DNA of 64,000 nucleotides from the NCBI GenBank assembly GCA_032654565.1, contig JAULAX010000015.1:992001-1056000 (forward strand), given 5' to 3'. This stretch comes from Anaeromyxobacteraceae bacterium (GTDB lineage: Bacteria; Myxococcota; Myxococcia; Myxococcales; Anaeromyxobacteraceae). The notes under the pieces were generated by a model, which was not told where the DNA came from, did not search any database, and saw only the letters and a list, made by a program, of their open reading frames with translations. The position numbers were made by a program, and so were the translations under genes. Positions 31,719 through 40,619 of the stretch are shown here, in pieces (the first letter of the stretch is position 1; each line of letters starts with the position of its first letter).

Positions 31719-32806
31719 ACCGCCCGCTCCTCATCGTCGGCGCCGCCCTGGCGCTCCTCCTGGCCGCGCCGGCCGTCGCCGCCGACGACGTCGCCGAGGC
31801 GCGGGCCCGCTTCGACCACGGCAGCAAGCTCTACCGGGCCGGCAAGTACCGCGAGGCCATCGCCGAGTTCGACGCCGCCTACCGGATCAAGCCGCACGGG
31901 GCCATCCACTTCAACGTCGCCCAGTGCCGCGAGAAGCTGGAGCAGTGGCCGGAGGCGCTGCGGAGCTACCAGGACTACCTGCGCGAGGTGCCCGACGCCC
32001 GCGACCGGGCCGCGGTGCGCGCCACCATGGGGCGCATCGAGCGGCGGCTGGCGGCGGCCGGCGTGCAGGCGCTGCTGGTCTACACCGACCCGCCCGGCGC
32101 GGCGCTGCGCGTCGACGGCAAGCCGCGGGGCCGGACGCCGTACCAGGTGACGCTGGCGCCGGGCGTCTACCGGGTGGCGCTGGCGCTGGACGGCTTCGCC
32201 CCCGAGGAGCTGGAGGTGGAGGTGAGCATGACCGGCACCCGCCTGGTGGACCTGGTGCTGCAGTCGCGGGTGGTCACGGCGACGGGCGCCGCGGTCCCGG
32301 CCGCGACGGCCACTCCGCCCACCGCCTCGACAGCGACCGCGGCGTCGGCCGCGGCCCCGGCGGCGACCGCGGCGGCGGCCTCCGGGCAGGCTTCGGCCGC
32401 CGCGCCCCCCGCGACCACGGGTTCGCCAGCGAGGACCGGCGCCCGCTCCACGCCGGACCCGGCCCCGCCGGCGCCCGCCGCCGCCCCCGACCTGAAGGCC
32501 AGGCCGCCACCCTCCACGGCGCTGGCCGCCCTCCCGGCCTCACCGGCCCCGCCGCCGGGCCCACGGCGCGTCTACACCTGGGTGGCCGCGGGCGTGGCCG
32601 TGGCCGCCGGGGTCGCCGGCGTCGCCTCCGGCCTCTCCGCCAGGAGCACCGCGGCGCGGCTCCGCGACGGGACGGTCCACGCCGACGCCGCGGCCATGGC
32701 CCGCGACGCCCAGAGGAAGGCCACCACCGCCAACGTGCTCTACGGCCTCTCCGGCGCGGCGGCGGCGGCCGGGGTGACGCTCTTCTTCGTGGAGGGGAAG
32801 TTCTGA
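31715..32806 (+). CDS. Exported TPR + PEGA domain protein with C-terminal hydrophobic hairpin
   Basis: Signal peptide; TPR-like helices; PEGA 'TDPPGAALRVDG..GRTP'; ends in Phe. Confidence 0.8.
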   Translation: MNRPLLIVGAALALLLAAPAVAADDVAEARARFDHGSKLYRAGKYREAIAEFDAAYRIKPHGAIHFNVAQCREKLEQWPEALRSYQDYLREVPDARDRAAVRATMGRIERRLAAAGVQALLVYTDPPGAALRVDGKPRGRTPYQVTLAPGVYRVALALDGFAPEELEVEVSMTGTRLVDLVLQSRVVTATGAAVPAATATPPTASTATAASAAAPAATAAAASGQASAAAPPATTGSPARTGARSTPDPAPPAPAAAPDLKARPPPSTALAALPASPAPPPGPRRVYTWVAAGVAVAAGVAGVASGLSARSTAARLRDGTVHADAAAMARDAQRKATTANVLYGLSGAAAAAGVTLFFVEGKF

Positions 32807-34371
32807 TGCGCCTCGCCTCGCTGCCCGTGCTCGCCCTCGCCGCGCTGGCCTCCCTGGCCGCCGGCCTGGCCGGCTGCTCCGTGAACGTGGAGGGGGCGAA
32901 GTGTCACGTGGTGGGGGCCACCGACGAGTGCCCGTCGGGGCAGCGCTGCGGCACCGACTGGAACTGCAGCGTGCGTGCGGCGGCCTGCGAGCCGTGCGTG
33001 GCGGGGGCCACCGCGTGCCGGGTCGAGACGCCGGGGAGCGTGATGGAGTGCTTCACCGACGACCCGGTCTGCGGCACCTGGAAGGTGGCGGCGGGCGGCG
33101 CCTGCGTGGCCGGCCTGCAGACCTGCAAGAGGTCGGCGCTGGACGTGCCCACCTGCGCCTGCGACCACTGGACCGTGATCCCCGGCGGCAGCGCCGCGGC
33201 CTGCACCCGGCCGTCGATCACCGGCGCCCTGATCGAGGCCATGAAGTTCCCCGGGCCGGTGGTGAGGCTGGGGGGCGGCGCCACCGCCACCTACGGGAAC
33301 GAGCTGGACGACAGCGCGCCCATCGTCCTGCCCGCGGGCGTGACGGTGATCGGGGACGAGACCGCGCCGGTGGCGGTGCCGCTCAACCGGATCATCGAGG
33401 TGCGGGGGTCGGTGGCAGCGCCCAACGCCCTGGCGGCGCTGGTGGTCGAGCCCGGCGCCAGCGTGCGCGGCGTGACCGTCCGCCGCGTCGACGCCTCGGC
33501 GCCGTTGGTCGGCGTGGTCGTCGACGGGGCCTCGCCGGCGGGGGGCAACTCGCTGCTGGCTGTCCAGGTCGACGCCGGCACGGCCGGCTTCCCCTTCGCG
33601 GTGGGGCTGCGCATCAGCGCCGCCGGCGCCGTGGCGGTGAGCGACGTGCGGGTCAGCGGGGCCACCGTGGCCGGCCTGGAGGTGAACCGGTCCGCGGCCA
33701 CCGACGCGGCGGTCGTGACCGGGTCGACGTTCGACCAGAACCAGGTCGGGGTCAGCTTGATCAAGGGGGATTTGACGTTGAGTGGTTCGACGTTGAAGCG
33801 AAGCATTTGGGAGGGTTTCGTTTCGGCAACCGGAGTGTCCAACCTGACCAGCCTTTCCCTTGTCGATAGCTTCATCACTTGGAACGGGCGGGGTGGCGTA
33901 CGATTGTTTGGCAACAAGACCGTGGCCATTATTGGGACGAGGATCTGCGGAAACACAGGGTTCAGCCGATCCCCACCGGGAGCCACGAGAATGGTCGGCG
34001 GCATCTACACTGTCGGCGATCCGCCAATGTCGCTCACGTTTCAAGGAAACCTTCTCTTCGACAACAGCGGAGACCAGGTCTTGGTCGCAGCGTCCGGTGC
34101 AAGCTGGGATCTCACTGGCTCTGTCTCGAATTCTTGCCCGGCCAATTCTCGAAACACTTTCGCCAAGTACGCATTGCCCGGAGTCGGGTTGGCCGCAGTC
34201 GGAGCAACGGTGGTCGCGAAGTTCAACTCCTGGGGAAACGCAACTCCAGACATTGACCGAGACTTCGTTTCGGTCGCAGGGTCAGTCGACGTCGGCACCG
34301 GAAACGGCGATACCAACTTCTGTAGCGCCCTGCCCCCAGACGATCCCAGCCTCACCTGCCCGCTGCCCTGA
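32806..34371 (+). CDS. Cys-rich lipoprotein with probable right-handed beta-helix domain
   Basis: ATG overlaps upstream TGA; lipobox 'LAGC'; Cys-rich N-terminus; beta-helix-like repeats ('TFDQNQVGV','ITWNGRGGV'). Confidence 0.75.
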   Translation: MRLASLPVLALAALASLAAGLAGCSVNVEGAKCHVVGATDECPSGQRCGTDWNCSVRAAACEPCVAGATACRVETPGSVMECFTDDPVCGTWKVAAGGACVAGLQTCKRSALDVPTCACDHWTVIPGGSAAACTRPSITGALIEAMKFPGPVVRLGGGATATYGNELDDSAPIVLPAGVTVIGDETAPVAVPLNRIIEVRGSVAAPNALAALVVEPGASVRGVTVRRVDASAPLVGVVVDGASPAGGNSLLAVQVDAGTAGFPFAVGLRISAAGAVAVSDVRVSGATVAGLEVNRSAATDAAVVTGSTFDQNQVGVSLIKGDLTLSGSTLKRSIWEGFVSATGVSNLTSLSLVDSFITWNGRGGVRLFGNKTVAIIGTRICGNTGFSRSPPGATRMVGGIYTVGDPPMSLTFQGNLLFDNSGDQVLVAASGASWDLTGSVSNSCPANSRNTFAKYALPGVGLAAVGATVVAKFNSWGNATPDIDRDFVSVAGSVDVGTGNGDTNFCSALPPDDPSLTCPLP

Positions 34372-35781
34372 CCGAGCCGCAGCGCCTGCGAAGTACCTCT
34401 CCACGCACCTCTCCCCGAACGCCCGGCGCGCAGCCAACTTGTTGTGCGGTCCGCAGAGCAAGCGAAGGTTGTCCTCCGTCCTTCCGCCGAACATGGCCCA
34501 CGGCAGGATGTGATCGAGCTCCAACCGGTGCGTCGAGCCGCAGCGGCCACCGCCGTCGAGCGGCCAGGAGCAACGGCCGCCATCGCGCGCCCAGACGGCG
34601 CGGCGCACGGCGGCGGGGATGGGTTCGCGCGGGCCGGTGCGGCGGTGAGGTGGTGGCTCGTTCGAAGGTTCGGTCGAGGGCTCGGTCAGGGGAGGCCTGG
34701 ACGGGACGAGCGAGTGCGGTGGAGGGGAGCCTGGCTGCGGGTCGGCCCGAGTGACCTGGGGCGTCTTCTCGGTGCTCGGTTGCGCCGGCGCGGCGACAAC
34801 CTCCCTCACCGGCAGCGGCTCCGCCGTGGCGGCCACGCCGCGCGGCTTCTTCAACTGCCCGCGCGCCCTGGCCTGCTTCTCCAGCAACAGGTCGACCGCC
34901 GCGTCGATCACCTGCTCCATCGTCGCGCCGGGCCTGGCGTGGCCGAGGCCGACCTGAGCGGCTTCGAGCTTCTTCAGGAGCTGGCGCGAGACGGTGATGT
35001 GGAGCCGGCGCAGGTCGGCCGTGAGTGGTTCGATGTCGTCGCGCGGAGACTGCGTCCGTTCGCCTCCCCCGTTGGCGATTCCCGACGTCGGGAATCGCCA
35101 AGGAGGGACCTCGTCCGGGTGTGCGCCGGACAGAGGCGCGGGCGCGGGCATGGACGTGGACGTGGACGTGGACGGCTGCGTGGGACCAAACGGCAGCGTG
35201 GTCGGCGGCGTAGACGCGGACGGAAGCGCTTGCGTGAGCGTGAGCAGGGGCTGCGCGGCGCTGGCTGGCGACGCCACCGATCGGTCGAACAGCTGGGTCA
35301 CCACCATCCTGGTGCTCGGCACGTGGCGAGGCTGGAGCTCGGCGACCAGCTCCTGCGCCTCACGCGACGAGAGACCGAAGAAGCGCGGCGTGACGACGGC
35401 CCGGTTCTCCTCGGTCAGCACCTTGGCCAGCTCGCCGACCGTGGAGAGGCAGAGCTTGCCCTCGCCGAGCGGCGCGATGATCTCGGGGAAGCGCTGGAGC
35501 AGCTCGGCGGCGCTCCTGCGGTAGTAGGCCGCGCTCTTGGAGAGCCCGAGATCGGCGATGAGGAAGGCGAAGAGGTTGGCATGGCCGAGCGGCTCCCAGC
35601 CACGCCGCCGATCGAAGTCGGCCAGGGCGACCAGAAAGCCGGCCAGGGCGCCTTGTTCCTTTCGGAGCAGGAGCTTGAGCGCGTCGCGGAGCTGCCGTGC
35701 TTCCAGGAGTGCGAGGGAGGGGGTGGCCGCTCCGTGGGTCGAAGCCGCGGCCGAGGATGGGGTCGGTTGCGCGTTGATCAT
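34282..35781 (-). CDS. HNH endonuclease with long helical N-terminal domain (DUF222-like architecture)
   Basis: 'VRRAVWARDGGRC..C..LELDHILPWA..G..DNLRLLCGPHN'. Confidence 0.85.
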   Translation of the reverse strand: MINAQPTPSSAAASTHGAATPSLALLEARQLRDALKLLLRKEQGALAGFLVALADFDRRRGWEPLGHANLFAFLIADLGLSKSAAYYRRSAAELLQRFPEIIAPLGEGKLCLSTVGELAKVLTEENRAVVTPRFFGLSSREAQELVAELQPRHVPSTRMVVTQLFDRSVASPASAAQPLLTLTQALPSASTPPTTLPFGPTQPSTSTSTSMPAPAPLSGAHPDEVPPWRFPTSGIANGGGERTQSPRDDIEPLTADLRRLHITVSRQLLKKLEAAQVGLGHARPGATMEQVIDAAVDLLLEKQARARGQLKKPRGVAATAEPLPVREVVAAPAQPSTEKTPQVTRADPQPGSPPPHSLVPSRPPLTEPSTEPSNEPPPHRRTGPREPIPAAVRRAVWARDGGRCSWPLDGGGRCGSTHRLELDHILPWAMFGGRTEDNLRLLCGPHNKLAARRAFGERCVERYFAGAAARSGQRAGEAGIVWGQGATEVGIAVSGADVD

Positions 35782-35787
35782 TCACGG

Positions 35788-35809
35788 AGCGTCTCACGCT
35801 GGTCTGACA
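35788..35809 (-). promoter_or_regulatory. PafBC/RecA-NDp-like promoter motif upstream of the HNH gene
   Basis: Minus strand reads TGTCAG-N10-GACGCT-N6-ATG; the mycobacterial consensus is about TGTCGG-N10-TANNNT. Confidence 0.35.
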
Positions 35810-35921
35810 TTTCCGGGGTCGCGGAGACGCATGGAACCCAACAGGGACGCGCGTTCTACGGCGGACCTTGGGTGGTCCACGGGAGGACGCCGTGCGGGAC
35901 CTTCCGAGCTCTGTGATGGAC

Positions 35922-36028
35922 GTCGAGGTGAAGGCGAAGGCGAAGGCGAAGACGAAGTCGAAGTCGAAGTCGAAGTCGAAGGTGAAGTCGAAGTCGAAGG
36001 TGAAGTCGAAGTCGAACCCGAACTCGAA
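35922..36028. repeat. Degenerate hexamer microsatellite (GTCGAA/GGCGAA/GGTGAA), about 18 units
   Basis: Directly visible. Confidence 0.9.
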
Positions 36029-36041
36029 GGCGCCGCCGCAG

Positions 36042-36281
36042 GGCCCGGCGGGCGGGACGCGACGGCCCGCTGCGGAGCGGCGCCGGGCTGTGCAGGGTCC
36101 GCCGCGGCGCGCCCTCCTGCCGTGTGCGCGGCGAAGCCTGTCTGAGCTCCGCGTCGCGAAGCGTTCGCGGAGCGAGTTCTGCAGCCGCGCCCGTCACGTC
36201 CCCGCGCCGCGCGCCGAGGCCTGCGTTCCATGCGGCGCGACGCGCAGCACAGGGCCGGAGCGGACCCGACCCGCCGGGGCC
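36042..36281. repeat. Nested palindromic element (REP/MITE-like or structured RNA)
   Basis: Imperfect terminal IRs GGCCCGGCGGGCGGG / CCCGACCCGCCGGGGCC; inner GGGACGCGACGG / CCGTCACGTCCC; hairpin CTCCGCG..CGCGGAG. Confidence 0.55.
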
Positions 36282-36676
36282 GAGAGGCCGGCGCCGTCGG
36301 GCGGAGGGGGACGTCGGGAGGAGGGGGACGTACCCAACGGCGGGTGAAGGCCAGGCCATGAGAAGGTCCTGGTGGCTTGCGGCGGCGCCACCAGAAGCCG
36401 GCGCCGTCGCGAATAGCGCCGTCGCGATTGAGAGGCCGGCGCCGTCAGGAGGAGAGGGCCGTACCCAACGGCGGGTGAAGGCCAGGCCATGAGAAGGTCC
36501 TGGTGGCTTGCGGCGGCGCCACCAGAAGCCGGCGCCGTCGCGAATAGCGCCGTCGCGATTGAGAGGCCGGCGCCGTCAGGAGGAGAGGGCCGTACCCAAC
36601 GGCGGGTGAAGGCCAGGCCATGAGAAGGTCCTGGTGGCTTGCGGCGGCGCCACCAGAAGCCGGCGCCGTCGCGATT
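36282..36676. repeat. Tandem repeat, 3 copies of a 131-bp unit (148, 131 and 116 bp)
   Basis: GTACCCAACGG at 36330, 36461 and 36592; units start GAGAGGCCGGCGCCGTC at 36282, 36430 and 36561. Confidence 0.95.
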
Positions 36677-36701
36677 GGTGCCTGCTATACCTCCGCCCTC
36701 C

Positions 36702-37610
36702 ATGCCCTCCACCCGCCAGCCCGTCGACGCCTCCGCCACCGGGCTGATGGTGCTGCTCTGCGCCCTCTGGGGGCTGCAGCAGGTGGCCATCAAGGTGGCG
36801 GCGCCTGACATCGCCCCCATCATGCAGGTGGCGCTCCGCTCCGGCCTCTCCGCCGCGCTGGTGGCCGGCTGGGCCCGCTGGCGCGGCCAGCGGCTCGACC
36901 TGCTCGGCCCGGCGCTCCGCCCCGGCCTGCTGGCCGGCGCCCTCTTCGCCGCCGAGTTCCTCTTCGTGGCCGAGGGGCTGCGCCACACCAGCGCCTCGCA
37001 CATGGCCGTCTTCCTCTACACCTCGCCGGTCTTCACGGCGCTCGGCCTGCACCTGGCGCTCCGCTCGGAGCGGCTCTCCCGGACCCAGTGGATCGGCGTC
37101 CTCACCGCCTTCGCCGGCATCGCCGTGGCCTTCGGCGGTGGGCTGCTGGCCGGCGGGGCCGGGCCGGATGCGCTGCTCGGCGACCTGCTCGGCGTGGCCG
37201 CCGGGGCCGCCTGGGGCGCCACCACCGTGGTGGTGCGCCGCTCGGCGCTCTCCGAGGCGCCGCCGGCGCAGACGCTGCTCTACCAGCTGCTGGTCGGCTT
37301 CGTGCTGCTGCTGGTCGCCGCCGTGGTCACCGGCCAGGCCGGCCGGGTGGCGCTGACGCCGCTGGCCTCGGCGAGCCTGCTCTTCCAGGGGGTGGTCATC
37401 TCCTTCGCCTCCTACCTGGCCTGGTTCTGGCTGCTGCGCCGCTACCTGGCCTCGCGCATCGCCGTCTTCTCCTTCATGACGCCGCTCTTCGGCGTCAGCT
37501 TCGGCGTGCTGCTGCTCGGCGAGCCGATCACGCCGGTCTTCGGCGCCGGGGCGCTGCTGGTGCTGGCCGGCATCACCGTGGTGAGCCTGGCGGGGCCGAA
37601 GCGCGGCTGA
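36702..37610 (+). CDS. DMT/EamA family transporter
   Basis: About 10 TM; 'WGLQQVAIK', 'FSFMTPLFGV..G.LLLGE'. Confidence 0.9.
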   Translation: MPSTRQPVDASATGLMVLLCALWGLQQVAIKVAAPDIAPIMQVALRSGLSAALVAGWARWRGQRLDLLGPALRPGLLAGALFAAEFLFVAEGLRHTSASHMAVFLYTSPVFTALGLHLALRSERLSRTQWIGVLTAFAGIAVAFGGGLLAGGAGPDALLGDLLGVAAGAAWGATTVVVRRSALSEAPPAQTLLYQLLVGFVLLLVAAVVTGQAGRVALTPLASASLLFQGVVISFASYLAWFWLLRRYLASRIAVFSFMTPLFGVSFGVLLLGEPITPVFGAGALLVLAGITVVSLAGPKRG

Positions 37611-37748
37611 GACCCGAGGGGCAGGGGGACGGCCAGGGCTGGAGCGCCGGTCTGGCGGGTCATGGCCCGGATGTAAGATTTCATTTCTCGATCCGTGAAG
37701 CTCCATCGATCACAGCAACTACGGCAGGTTACCGGTATGAACCAGATG

Positions 37749-37803
37749 TCATGTTTCATATTTCATGAAGATCATTGACAGCCTCGCTCCGGCTCGCCAT
37801 CCT
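37749..37803 (+). promoter_or_regulatory. Sigma70-type promoter with upstream TCAT repeats (candidate GntR operator)
   Basis: TTGACA (37775-80), 17 nt, CATCCT (37798-803), GTG at 37812; TCAT at 37749, 37756, 37763 and 37772. Confidence 0.6.
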
Positions 37804-37811
37804 CCGCGGCC

Positions 37812-38561
37812 GTGACCAGGAAGATCCAGGCCAGCCAGCTCTCCAGCCAGGCCTACGCGGCGCTGAAGGAGATGATCGGGGCGCACCGGTTCGATCCGGG
37901 CGCCCGGGTCAACATCGAGGCGCTGACGCGGGAGCTGGGCGTGAGCCGCACCCCGGTCTGGGAGGCGGTCGCCAGGCTCGAGCACGAGGGGCTGCTGGAG
38001 CGGATCCCGCACCGGGGCGTCTTCATGGCGGTGTTGACGCTGGAGAAGGCGCTCGACCTCTACGCGGTGCGCGAGCTCCTCGAGGGGCTGGCGGCGCGCC
38101 AGGCGGCCACCCGGATCGACGACCGCGCCCTGCAGAAGATGGCCGCCTGCCTGAAGAAGCAGCGGGCCCTGGTCGAGGCCTCCGACGTGGTCGGCTACTC
38201 CACCACCGACTTCGACCTCCACGCCGCCGTCTACGAGGCCTGCGGCAACCCCTTCCTCTCCGAGATGCTGGAGAAGCTGAAGGCCCAGATGCGGCCCATG
38301 CGGATCCACATCGAGCGGATCCTCCCCGAGCTCTACGCCGACCACCTGCGGCTCTACGAGGCCCTGGCGGCGCGCGATCCGGACCGGGCCGAGGCCGCCT
38401 TCCGCGCCCACAACCGCTTCCTCATGGAGCACATCCGGGAGCTCCTGCGAGCGCCGGAGGAGATCGGCCGCGGACGTCGCGGCGCAGCGCCGGGCCACGC
38501 CGAGCGGGCCGGCCCGGAAGGCATCACCCCGCAACCAGCCACAAGGAGAGCCAGCACATGA
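37812..38561 (+). CDS. GntR family regulator (FCD domain)
   Basis: 'LGVSRTPVWEAV..LE.EGL', 'VRELLEG', 'DFDLH', 'DH..LYEAL'. Confidence 0.92.
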   Translation: MTRKIQASQLSSQAYAALKEMIGAHRFDPGARVNIEALTRELGVSRTPVWEAVARLEHEGLLERIPHRGVFMAVLTLEKALDLYAVRELLEGLAARQAATRIDDRALQKMAACLKKQRALVEASDVVGYSTTDFDLHAAVYEACGNPFLSEMLEKLKAQMRPMRIHIERILPELYADHLRLYEALAARDPDRAEAAFRAHNRFLMEHIRELLRAPEEIGRGRRGAAPGHAERAGPEGITPQPATRRAST

Positions 38562-39190
38562 AGATCCCCAAGGAACGGACCGCCATCGTCCTCATCGAGC
38601 CGCAGAACGACTTCCTCAGCCCGGGCGGCACGATGTACCAGTACATCGCCGACCAGCTGAAGCAGCGGAACGTCATCGCCAACCTCCAGGGGCTGCTGCA
38701 GGGCGCCCGCGGCAAGTGCAAGATCTTCTACGTGCCCTTCCAGGCCTTCAAGAAGGGGTTCCCCGAGCTGAAGCGGGGCGGCCCGGGGACCGCCGGCCTG
38801 CGCGGCATCGAGATGGACATGAAGGCCGACTGGGGCACCGGCGCCTGGCTGGAGGGGACCCCGGGCCCGGAGATCATCCCGCAGCTCACCCCCAAGGACG
38901 GCGACATCATCGTCCGCGGCAAGCTCACCCTCGACGCCTTCCACTCCACGGCGCTCAACTACCTGCTGCGCGCCAACGAGATCGAGTACGTGGCCATGGC
39001 CGGCTTCCACACCAACTGGTGCGTGGAGGCGACCGCCCGCTCCGCCTACGACCTCGGCTACCGGGTCATCGCCCTCAAGGACTGCACCGGCACCGACACC
39101 GCCCGCGAGCAGGAGTACGCCGAGCAGGTGATCTTCCCGCGCATCGGCTCGGTCATGACCTCCACCGAGTTCCTGGCCGCGCTGGTCTGA
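38558..39190 (+). CDS. Cysteine hydrolase (isochorismatase family)
   Basis: 'IEPQNDF', 'GKLTLDAF', 'TNWCVEATARSAYD.GY'. Confidence 0.9.
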   Translation: MKIPKERTAIVLIEPQNDFLSPGGTMYQYIADQLKQRNVIANLQGLLQGARGKCKIFYVPFQAFKKGFPELKRGGPGTAGLRGIEMDMKADWGTGAWLEGTPGPEIIPQLTPKDGDIIVRGKLTLDAFHSTALNYLLRANEIEYVAMAGFHTNWCVEATARSAYDLGYRVIALKDCTGTDTAREQEYAEQVIFPRIGSVMTSTEFLAALV

Positions 39191-39338
39191 GCCGAGCCGA
39201 GTCGGGCGGCCGCGCCGGTTGGTGCGGCCGCCGCAGCAAGGCGCGTCCTCGGGCGCTCCGGTGCCACCCCCCCCGGCGGCCGGAGCACCCGAGGCGCGTC
39301 GTCGTCCCGTCCACGCCGGGGAAAGTGAGGCTCCACCG

Positions 39339-40604
39339 ATGAAGCAGAGAATGCACTCCGCCCTGCTGAAGCTGTCCGTCGCGGCCATCGCGGTGTCGCT
39401 GGCTGTCCCGGCGACCCGGGCGGCCGACTACCCCAAGGACGACCTCAAGATCGGCCTGATGTTCGGCCTCACCGGCCCGGCCTCGCCCATCGGCCCGGTG
39501 CAGCGCGACGGCGCGCTGCTGGCCATCGAGGAGGTCAACGCCGCCGGCGGCCTCACCGTCGGCAACAAGAAGGTCAAGGTCACCTACGTCCTCAAGGACG
39601 ACGAGACCAAGCCCGACGTCGCCATCCGGCGCTTCCGCGAGCTGCTGGGCGAGGACAAGGTCGACATCCTGGTCGGCCAGACCTTCGCCCCCATCACCGG
39701 GGCCCTGAACAAGGAGGTCAAGAAGACCCCCATCGGCTACTTCCCGGTCAACGTGGTGGCCTACGGCCTCTTCAAGAAGGAGGAGATCGCCCCCACCACC
39801 TTCGCGGTGCACGGCTCGGCCTACTCGGCCGGCTACGCCAGCGCCACCTACGTGGCCCAGACCCTCGGCCACAAGAAGGTGGTCTTCTTCGCGCCCGCCT
39901 ACGCCTTCGGCCAGGACCAGTGGCGCGGCGCCGAGGCCGCCTTCACCAAGCTGGGCGTCAAGGCCGAGTACCTGGAGTCGCCGGTGGGCACCGCCGACTT
40001 CACGCCCTACCTCACCAAGATCATGGAGATGAAGCCGGAGGTGGTGATGCTGGCCCACTGGGGCGTCGACGCCATCAACGTCCTCAAGCAGACCTACGAG
40101 ACCGGCCTGAAGGGCAAGACCCGCATCTGGTTCGACTGGATGACCAACGTCTTCGGCAGCGGCGTGCCGCCCGAGGCGCTGGAGGGCGTCTACTCGCTGA
40201 TGAGCTGGTACCACGACCTGGGCGACTTCCCCGACAAGGAGGTGGTGGCCTCCAGCAAGGCCTTCGCCGACAAGTTCAAGAAGGCCTACGGCGTGCCGCC
40301 CGACCCGTACGCGGCCATGGCCTACATCGGCACCAAGGAGGCGATGCGCGCCGTCAGCCTGGCCAGGAGCACCGATCCCGCGGCGCTGGCCGCGGCCATC
40401 ACCGCCAACCCCTCCTTCGACTCCATGAAGGGCAAGGGGACCTGGCGCAAGGACCACCAGCCGGTCTTCAAGCACAACGCCTTCGTGGTGGTGGGCAAGT
40501 CGGCCGCCGAGCGCAAGGGCGACAAGTGGGATCTCGTCAAGGTGATCGGCTCCTTCACCAACGAGGACTACCTGCCGTCGCTGAAGATGCTCGGCTACGA
40601 GTAG
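39339..40604 (+). CDS. LIV-type ABC substrate-binding protein
   Basis: Signal peptide; 'KIG...LTGP', 'DDETKP', 'GTADFTPYL'. Confidence 0.9.
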   Translation: MKQRMHSALLKLSVAAIAVSLAVPATRAADYPKDDLKIGLMFGLTGPASPIGPVQRDGALLAIEEVNAAGGLTVGNKKVKVTYVLKDDETKPDVAIRRFRELLGEDKVDILVGQTFAPITGALNKEVKKTPIGYFPVNVVAYGLFKKEEIAPTTFAVHGSAYSAGYASATYVAQTLGHKKVVFFAPAYAFGQDQWRGAEAAFTKLGVKAEYLESPVGTADFTPYLTKIMEMKPEVVMLAHWGVDAINVLKQTYETGLKGKTRIWFDWMTNVFGSGVPPEALEGVYSLMSWYHDLGDFPDKEVVASSKAFADKFKKAYGVPPDPYAAMAYIGTKEAMRAVSLARSTDPAALAAAITANPSFDSMKGKGTWRKDHQPVFKHNAFVVVGKSAAERKGDKWDLVKVIGSFTNEDYLPSLKMLGYE

Positions 40605-40619
40605 CCCGCTGGACCGCGC

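Noticed and set aside
33750..34371. Diversity-generating retroelement variable region
   Set aside because: No reverse transcriptase or template repeat seen; the shifted segment is ~600 bp and not adenine-specific
35868..36347. Lys/Ser-rich histone-like small protein
   Set aside because: Composition comes from the hexamer tract and palindrome; not excluded, but unsupported
36282..36676. CRISPR array
   Set aside because: Units are 131 bp and near-identical throughout, with no unique spacers and no cas genes in the window
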